A stretch of 32,000 bases of DNA, from positions 6,690,001 to 6,722,000 of the forward strand of contig NC_008312.1 of assembly GCF_000014265.1 (NCBI RefSeq). Reading direction: 5' to 3'. The notes beneath the pieces are model-generated. The model saw only the letters and a program-made list of their open reading frames with translations, had not been told where the DNA came from and made no database searches. Source of the DNA: Trichodesmium erythraeum IMS101. Its GTDB lineage: Bacteria > Cyanobacteriota > Cyanobacteriia > Cyanobacteriales > Microcoleaceae. This document shows, one piece after another, positions 25,435-32,000 of this stretch. Each line of letters opens with the position of its first letter. Position 1 is the stretch's first letter. The translations under genes were made by a program, and so were the position numbers.

Positions 25435-26013
25435 ATAAGGGAGTAGGGGAGAAGGCTAAAAAATATTCATGTTTGTAATTATACCATATCAAATTAAAGT
25501 TTGTTGTAATAATTAATAATGAATGAGTTTTCTGCCAGTTACTACTTCATGTTACTAAAAAACTTTCTAACTCTTTTTTTTGCAACTTTAGTTTGGGTTT
25601 TGCACTGCAACATGATTAAATGGCAAGGCAACCCAATAAAAGTTTATATCTATAGTTTTCAGCACATCGCGTATCAGCGAAAGTAAAAACTATAGTAAAA
25701 ACTATTGGTTGTCGATGATAAGTTTTATTAATTTCCTAACACTTTGGGACTAGTTATATATGATTCTAGTAGATAAAACGTCATTTTCAAATAATTAAAA
25801 TCAGAGTAAGGCTTACGTACCGACCTGGTGCTCATACAAAATTTCCAGATTTGAAAAACAGTAATCAGGGTAATAAACCAGGTTTCCTCTTTGGGTGAGT
25901 AAGTCCTGAAGATAATTACAATTTACACCCCACTTAAACTTAGCAGTAATTATTAATTATTAATTAATTACTAAAGTACTTACTTCTTAGAGAAATCAAG
26001 GGTAAATTACTTA

Positions 26014-26829
26014 ATGAAAATCATTCATAACTCTTCTTATGTAAATATGATTAAAGAAAATAGCGAAGTAATTTTATCTGTTAAAAACTTAACAGCGAAT
26101 GTAGAGGGAAAAGAGATTCTCAAAGGTTTTAATCTGGAAATAAAAGCGGGAGAAATCCATGCTATTATGGGGCCAAATGGTTCTGGAAAAAGCACATTTT
26201 CTAAAGTCTTGGCTGGTCATCCGGCCTACGAAGTTACAGGTGGAGAAGTAACATTTTTAGGTAAAAATTTATTCGACATGGAACCAGAGGAACGATCATT
26301 AAATGGTGTTTTTTTGGCATTTCAATATCCTCTAGAAATTCCTGGAGTTAGTAACTTAGATTTTTTACGAGTTGCTTATAATACGAAACAAAAATATCAA
26401 GGATTAGAAGAATTAGATGCTTTTGATTTTGATGATTTGGTACAGGATAAATTAGATGTTGTGAAAATGAAACCAGAGTTTTTAGACCGGAGTGTAAATG
26501 AAGGTTTTTCTGGAGGGGAAAAGAAGCGAAATGAAATATTACAAATGGCATTGTTAGAGCCAAAATTAGCAATTTTAGATGAGACAGACTCCGGGTTAGA
26601 TATTGATGCTTTGAGGATAGTGGCAAATGGAGTAAATAAATTAGCAAATGAATCAAATTCTTTGTTAATAATTACTCACTATCAACGTTTATTAAACTAC
26701 ATTGTTCCGGATTTTGTTCATGTAACAGAAAGTGGTAGAATTATTAAAACTGGTACAAAAGAATTAGCATTAGAATTAGAAGAAAAAGGTTACGATGATG
26801 TGACTGAAGTAGCAAAAGTTGGGGTTTAA
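26014..26829 (+). CDS. sufC: Fe-S cluster assembly ATPase SufC
   Basis: Walker [13 protein letters not shown] signature [13 protein letters not shown], Walker [13 protein letters not shown] and an H-loop (ITHY). The true start may be the ATG at 26047 ([15 protein letters not shown]). Confidence 0.95.
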   Translation: MKIIHNSSYVNMIKENSEVILSVKNLTANVEGKEILKGFNLEIKAGEIHAIMGPNGSGKSTFSKVLAGHPAYEVTGGEVTFLGKNLFDMEPEERSLNGVFLAFQYPLEIPGVSNLDFLRVAYNTKQKYQGLEELDAFDFDDLVQDKLDVVKMKPEFLDRSVNEGFSGGEKKRNEILQMALLEPKLAILDETDSGLDIDALRIVANGVNKLANESNSLLIITHYQRLLNYIVPDFVHVTESGRIIKTGTKELALELEEKGYDDVTEVAKVGV

Positions 26830-26834
26830 AAAGT

Positions 26835-28196
26835 ATGCAAATATCCGTCAAACCAGAGATATTTTATTTAGACAAATTACTTGAAGAATCTTGTAAAAAA
26901 GTTTCCCCAGCTATAGCGTCAGACTTTTCTCTAGATGTAAAGATGGCAGCTTGGTTACAACAAGTACGCGATCGCGCAGCTGCCTGGGTGCGTGAGTTGA
27001 GTATTCCTACTAAAAAAGATGAGGAATGGCGCTTTACTAATTTGTCTTCAATGATGAAGCTAAGTTTCCAAGCACCGACCCTAGTAGACTTGGATGCTTT
27101 GAATATCGCTCCATTTATTTTGCCGGAAGTAGCAGACAGTCGGTTGGTGTTTGTCAATGGGGTATTTGCTCCTCAGTTATCAGAGGTGAAAGGTATAGAA
27201 AATCAGGTATTTGTGGGCAATTTGGGGCAGTTGCCTGAGGAATATCAAAAGCGCGTTGGCAATTATTTGGCACAACAACCAGGGAGTGAAGAAGTATTTA
27301 CTTGCTTAAATACTGCTGGTTTAACTGATGCAGCAGTAGTATGGTTGCCCAAAAATCAGGTGCTAGAAAAACCAATACATCTATTGTTTATTGCGACTGA
27401 GACGGAAATTCCTATATTGACTCAGCGCCGTTGTTTAGTAGTAGCAGAAAGCAATAGTAGTGGGAAAATAATTGAGCATTGTGTGACAGCAGAAGTAATT
27501 TGTCCAGAAGCACCAAATTCTCATCCCTATCTGACAAATACTGTTACAGAAATATGGGTAGAGGAAAATGCAGAAATTGATCATACTAGAGTGCAACGAG
27601 ATGCAGGGGCAGCGTTTCATATTGGCAAAACAGCGATCGCTCAAGCTAAAAATAGTCGTTATACTTGTAATGCTATTAATTTGGGAGGAAGGTTATCTCG
27701 TCATAATTTAGAAGTTGTTCAAATGGGTGAGGGAACAGAAACAAATCTTTATGGTTTGGCATTTCTTAGGAATGAGCAAGAAATAGATACTCACAGCAGC
27801 ATTACTTTGAATTATCCCAATAGTGTGACTGACCAACTTTATAAGTGCATTGTTGATGACAAAGCACATTCTATATTTAATGGCAAAATATATGTTTCTC
27901 AAACTGCTCAGTTGACAAATGCTGCTCAATTAAATCGTAATTTGTTGCTTTCTTCTGGAGGGAGAGTTGATACAAAGCCACAGTTAGAAATTATTGCTGA
28001 TAATGTTCAATGTTCTCATGGGGCAACTGTTAGTCAGTTAGATGATGATGAGGTATTTTATTTACAAAGTCGAGGCTTGAGCCAAGAGGCAAGTCGCAAT
28101 TTGTTAATTGATGCTTTTGCTGCAGAAATTCTTAACAAGTTACCTTTACCTTCTTTGCAGCGTATTTTAAAACAATGTGTCGCTTGTAAAATTTAA
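26835..28196 (+). CDS. sufD: Fe-S cluster assembly protein SufD
   Basis: 453 aa, starting 6 nt after the sufC stop. It has the SufB/D-family C-terminal beta-helix region (QLYKCIVDDKAHSIFNGKIYV...TNAAQLNRNLLLS...VDTKPQLEIIADNVQCSHGATVSQLDDDEVFYLQSRGL). Confidence 0.9.
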   Translation: MQISVKPEIFYLDKLLEESCKKVSPAIASDFSLDVKMAAWLQQVRDRAAAWVRELSIPTKKDEEWRFTNLSSMMKLSFQAPTLVDLDALNIAPFILPEVADSRLVFVNGVFAPQLSEVKGIENQVFVGNLGQLPEEYQKRVGNYLAQQPGSEEVFTCLNTAGLTDAAVVWLPKNQVLEKPIHLLFIATETEIPILTQRRCLVVAESNSSGKIIEHCVTAEVICPEAPNSHPYLTNTVTEIWVEENAEIDHTRVQRDAGAAFHIGKTAIAQAKNSRYTCNAINLGGRLSRHNLEVVQMGEGTETNLYGLAFLRNEQEIDTHSSITLNYPNSVTDQLYKCIVDDKAHSIFNGKIYVSQTAQLTNAAQLNRNLLLSSGGRVDTKPQLEIIADNVQCSHGATVSQLDDDEVFYLQSRGLSQEASRNLLIDAFAAEILNKLPLPSLQRILKQCVACKI

Positions 28197-28582
28197 CATA
28201 AGAAAGGATAAATAAAGTGAGTTAATAAGTTTATTTAGATCTAGAGCTAACTCAAACTTAAAAGACTAATGTTAAATAATACCTTTGTCATGTTGGCATC
28301 TTGCCTGCTATACTTAATAGCTCAAAAGAAATAAGGCCTCAAGCAACTTTATTCAAGGGGATAAAAGAGGAAATTGCAGACTTTCTGACTTCGGTATTAT
28401 TGGAGGTATTGTTTTATCACCTAAAATGAACAATACAGTTCCTCCTCCAGGAGGCTAACTGATAACTAATTTTCTGGCCTCCTTATTACTGGAGCACTGT
28501 TTAACTACCCAACATGAAAAAAGCAGTTTCTCTTCTAGGAGGCTAATTTATAACTGACCATTGATAACTGATAATTAAAAAG

Positions 28583-29845
28583 ATGACTATTATTCAAGAA
28601 AGAACTTTGGCAGAAAAATTACGTGCAGATTTTCCAATTTTAAATCAGGAAATAAATGGTGAACCACTTATTTATTTAGATAATGCTGCTACTTCCCAAA
28701 AACCATTAGCAGTTATCAACGCTTGGCAAGAATATTACCTCAAATATAATTCTAATGTGCATCGGGGTATTCATACTTTAAGCTCGAAGGCAACAGATGC
28801 TTATGAAGGGGCAAGAGATAAAGTGGCTGCTTTGATTAATGCGGCATCTCGGAATGAAATTATTTATACTCGAAATGCTAGCGAAGCAGTTAATTTGGTT
28901 GCTTATTCTTGGGGTTTAAATAATCTTAAATCAGGAGATGAAATAATTGTCTCTGTGATGGAACATCATAGTAATTTTGTTCCCTGGCAAATGGTTGCTC
29001 AAAAAACTGGATCAGTTTTAAAATTTGTTGAGTTGAATGAAACTGAAGAACTTAATTTAGAACAATATAAAGCTCTAATTTCAGACAAAACAAAGTTAGT
29101 TGCATTAGCTCATGTTTCTAATGTTTTAGGTTGTATTAATCCAATTCAAGAAATTTGTTCAATTGCTCATAAAAATGGAGCTAAAGTATTAATAGATGCT
29201 TGCCAAAGTGTACCTCATTGTGTGGTAGATGTGCAGTCAATAGATTGTGATTGGTTAGTAGCTTCCGGCCATAAAATGTGCGCTCCTACTGGTATTGGTT
29301 TTTTGTATGGTAAGTTGGAATTACTAAAAGAAATGCCACCATTTTTAGGAGGGGGTGAAATGATTTCTGAGGTGTTTCTTGATCATTATACTTATGCAGA
29401 ATTACCTCATAAATTTGAAGCAGGAACCCCAGCGATAGGAGAGGCGATCGCTCTTGGTGCAGCAGTAGATTATCTCACAAATATAGGTATGGAAAAAATT
29501 CATAATTATGAAGTAGAATTAACTACCTATTTATTTAATAAATTACGTCAAATTCCTCAAATTACTATTTACGGACCTCAACCAAATACCTATGGAGAAG
29601 GTAGAGGGACATTAGTATCTTTTACAGTAGAAAATATTCATCCTAACGATTTATCAACAATGTTAGATGAAGCAGGGATAGCAATTCGTTCTGGTCATCA
29701 TTGTGCTCAACCTTTGCATCAATATTTAAAGGTTTCATCCACAGCAAGAGCAAGTTTATCTTTTTATAATACTCGTGATGATATTGATATTTTTGTTGAT
29801 GCTTTGAAAGATACAATCAATTTTTTTGCTGATATTATGGGTTGA
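28583..29845 (+). CDS. sufS: Cysteine desulfurase SufS (group II)
   Basis: 420 aa. [12 protein letters not shown], the PLP-lysine block [17 protein letters not shown], and the catalytic Cys loop RSGHHCAQP. Confidence 0.95.
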   Translation: MTIIQERTLAEKLRADFPILNQEINGEPLIYLDNAATSQKPLAVINAWQEYYLKYNSNVHRGIHTLSSKATDAYEGARDKVAALINAASRNEIIYTRNASEAVNLVAYSWGLNNLKSGDEIIVSVMEHHSNFVPWQMVAQKTGSVLKFVELNETEELNLEQYKALISDKTKLVALAHVSNVLGCINPIQEICSIAHKNGAKVLIDACQSVPHCVVDVQSIDCDWLVASGHKMCAPTGIGFLYGKLELLKEMPPFLGGGEMISEVFLDHYTYAELPHKFEAGTPAIGEAIALGAAVDYLTNIGMEKIHNYEVELTTYLFNKLRQIPQITIYGPQPNTYGEGRGTLVSFTVENIHPNDLSTMLDEAGIAIRSGHHCAQPLHQYLKVSSTARASLSFYNTRDDIDIFVDALKDTINFFADIMG

Positions 29846-30750
29846 AAAAATAATTGATCAAATAATTAGTAATGAAGCCTTTGGTTGGGTTTAGCTATTG
29901 CTAAACTCAACGGAAATATTTGAGTTCTACTAAATTGGCAATAATTTATAGATTAATTTGAATTTTAACTATTTTTAGCCACTTAAATAAATGAAATTTC
30001 TGTGGTTTTCTCTACTCGTTACAGCAGTTTTTTGGCACCCTAGACAACAGTAGGAAGTTTACATACAACATCCCTATATGCAAGTCTCGACAAGGTTTTA
30101 GTTATGGCAATGTCGTTCATTAATTTGCATTAATTTGAAAAGCGCTGTTAATCAAAAATTATAACGGGAGCTTCTGAAACGAGGATAACTATACCCAAGT
30201 CTCAGAAGTTTCTGACTTTAGGGGCTGACTAAGGTCTAAGCTTTGTATAGCTATACAAAATGAGACCCACCTCCCTTCATATTTTATTTAATATGTTTCG
30301 TGTTCCATTCTCGTGTCTATCTAATACTTTTCTAAATTTATGACTATTGGGAGTTCTGAGTGATAGATATGAGTAATAAATTTTTAGGTACTTTGCTATT
30401 AGAATTGCTACAATAAGTGTGAAGTATTATGAAGATTTACTGTAAAAAAGGTGTTGCTGAACTAAGGGATGAGTCTTTGCAGAGTTTGCAGAAAAGGTAA
30501 ATTCTATCTTTGACTTCCTATTTCTCTAAAACTGTAATTCATCCTGTAAATATGAAACGCTTTTAAAAATGACAGGCATATTTTGCTCCTACTGCTGGAA
30601 GTTTTATAAATTACTTGGAAAAGCTATATTATATATGTTGGGTTAATAGTGGGGATGAGCTTTCCTGCGGAATGGTGTGCCTAGGCTAATGCACCACCCA
30701 ACCGCGACTAAAATTCCTAAATTTTTTTTCAATTAATAGAGGCGATAAGT

Positions 30751-31128
30751 ATGAGAGAATGGAATCTAAATAAACTTATAGTTATTAACTTAATTGTTCT
30801 GAATGTTGCGATTATTTTATTAGCAATAGTATTGATTTTTTTTCCCTATCAAACTTTAGCAACTTCTACCCCTAAACCTCAAGGAAAAACAGAGTCAAAA
30901 ACTGAATTTGTAAATTCAGAAAAGTTAAGTCAGGGTAGGAAGAGACGATATGAGTATAAGGTTGAATATCAATTTGGTTTTCCTCAAAGTGAGCAAGAAA
31001 GAGACAATTATACAAAAGCTTTAAATGAAGCTGGAAAAGATGGGTGGGAATTAAGTCAAACTAATGTTGTTTTTAATCCTACTAATGGACAGGGTTTATA
31101 TATTTTGATTTTTAAAAGAGAGAAATAA
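30751..31128 (+). CDS. Membrane-anchored small protein with DUF4177-like C-terminal domain
   Basis: 125 aa. N-terminal TM helix (LIVINLIVLNVAIILLAIVLIFF). The C-terminal YEYKVEY...LNEAGKDGWEL...LYILIFKRE pattern resembles DUF4177. The family assignment is from memory. Confidence 0.5.
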   Translation: MREWNLNKLIVINLIVLNVAIILLAIVLIFFPYQTLATSTPKPQGKTESKTEFVNSEKLSQGRKRRYEYKVEYQFGFPQSEQERDNYTKALNEAGKDGWELSQTNVVFNPTNGQGLYILIFKREK

Positions 31129-31500
31129 ACTTTGATTTTTATCTTGATATTTAATCAGGCTGCATAAAGTTAATTTAACTCTGGTTAGAATCTGCTATTC
31201 GGGTACAGTTTATATTGTTTTTTATAGTAATACTAATTCCCAGATATTAATACTAACTATTTGTAAGAATTCATAAATTTAAGTAATGAAGATAAAGGGA
31301 ATAATTTTTTTTACGATTAACGCTATTGAATTGAGTTAATGTTATAAATCATGTACAGATGTTGTATGCAAAGTCTCTAATGTCATAATTTTTTATACAA
31401 TATCTCTACAATTATTCCCATCTTCTGGAATTATTTCAAGTTAGGTGTTCTACTCAAAGTGGAAGGTTGAATTTTTTTTAATAAATAGTATTAGTTAGTC

Positions 31501-31986
31501 CTATTTTTGTGCTACAACTTCAATTATTTCTGTATCCATAATCATCTGGTTATTACTAACTAAATTTTCGTGTTTATTGGTATTCAGACTAACAGTTATT
31601 TTATTCTTACCTGGCTCTAAATTTCCGAGATAATACCAATTGCTATAAATTCTAGTTATTTTTTTGTCGTTGATGTAAAGATGAGCATGACCTTCATTAA
31701 TGTTGCTATTTTGATTAACTGTTTCTGGGGAAAATTGAAAGTTAGTTAACTTGATATGTAAATTCCATCCTTTCATGGTATCTTGATAAACAAATAAATC
31801 TACTTTAGGAACTGGTTTTTCTGATGGAATTTCTATGTTTTTATGGCTATGATTTATGTGATTGTGAGACTTATCAGCAACTAAATGATTATTAGCATAA
31901 TTTACTTTGATAGCAACTCCTAATCCAGTAGCTAAAATTAGTATTGTAGATACAATCTTGAGTATTTTGTTCATCTTTTTTTTCAT
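31501..31986 (-). CDS. Secreted or anchored His-rich protein (possible metal-binding; GHAHLYI motif)
   Basis: 161 aa. Signal/anchor MKKKMNKILKIVSTILILATGLGVAI, a His cluster KSHNHINHSHK, then a beta-rich domain with EGHAHLYINDKK...LEPGKNKITVSL. This is reminiscent of DUF4399-type proteins (uncertain). Confidence 0.5.
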   Translation of the reverse strand: MKKKMNKILKIVSTILILATGLGVAIKVNYANNHLVADKSHNHINHSHKNIEIPSEKPVPKVDLFVYQDTMKGWNLHIKLTNFQFSPETVNQNSNINEGHAHLYINDKKITRIYSNWYYLGNLEPGKNKITVSLNTNKHENLVSNNQMIMDTEIIEVVAQK

Positions 31987-32000
31987 TATTTATGATTAGT

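Noticed and set aside
2490-27929. Antisense or out-of-frame ORFs nested in larger genes: 2490-2681, 4272-4493, 4589-4807, 5973-6194, 6156-6407, 6191-6382, 8164-8391, 10516-10707, 17452-17661, 17975-18181, 18141-18338, 18298-18531, 18845-19051, 19318-19542, 20699-21094, 21327-21560, 23388-23579, 26348-26656, 26864-27157, 27435-27644, 27708-27929
   Set aside because: Each lies within or largely overlaps a longer ORF with clear family-level sequence signatures. None shows a recognisable motif. The pairs at 17975/18845 and 17452/18298 merely echo the 870-bp duplication.
31340-31400. Degenerate palindrome (TACAGATGTTGTATGCAAAGTCTCTA) resembling CATACAACATCCCTATATGCAAGTCTCG at ~30062-30090
   Set aside because: Only partial similarity over ~25 nt, with imperfect pairing. 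It is possibly a remnant of a dispersed small palindromic repeat, but two weak copies are insufficient evidence.

Overview
AT-rich cyanobacterial chromosome segment. Frequent HIP1 octamers (GCGATCGC), STRR-like heptamer runs, petN and a divergent sufR/sufBCDS locus suggest a heterocystous (Nostocales-type) genome; that assignment is inference. Supported genes, left to right: truncated P-loop ATPase; a ~700-bp noncoding tandem-repeat array running into a disrupted pentapeptide-repeat gene; CAP-domain lipoprotein; M16 peptidase; CrtD-like carotenoid desaturase; choice-of-anchor-L/PEP-CTERM protein with nested 3' duplications; PAO/Tic55-type Rieske oxygenase; petN (29 aa, absent from the ORF track); a MoaD-like / ThrC-like / CysO-like sulfur-carrier cluster followed by a PG-binding C39-like peptidase; an 882-aa Ser/Thr kinase with two tandem FGE/C-type-lectin modules; nadC; an unlinked 5S rRNA gene with its own promoter and terminator; a small internally duplicated protein; sufR and sufB-C-D-S (operon split by two long spacers); a DUF4177-like membrane protein; a His-rich secreted protein. 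By my hand tally only about 63% of the window is covered by supportable features, with several gaps of 0.7-1.1 kb. Findings worth follow-up: (1) the two kinase FGE/CLec modules are ~97% identical in DNA except for a ~25-codon patch whose 16 substitutions all fall at codon positions 1-2. This resembles diversity-generating retroelement (DGR) variable regions, but no RT or template repeat is in the window. (2) A threonine-synthase-like PLP enzyme sits between two ubiquitin-fold sulfur carriers, one with a 6-residue extension after its Gly-Gly. This is a possible protein-thiocarboxylate amino-acid pathway. (3) The stand-alone 5S rRNA gene. (4) The two-unit-type 118-bp repeat array. (5) Two MITE-like elements bracket the CysO-like and C39-like genes. 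No tRNA, CRISPR array, transposase or reverse transcriptase gene was seen by eye.
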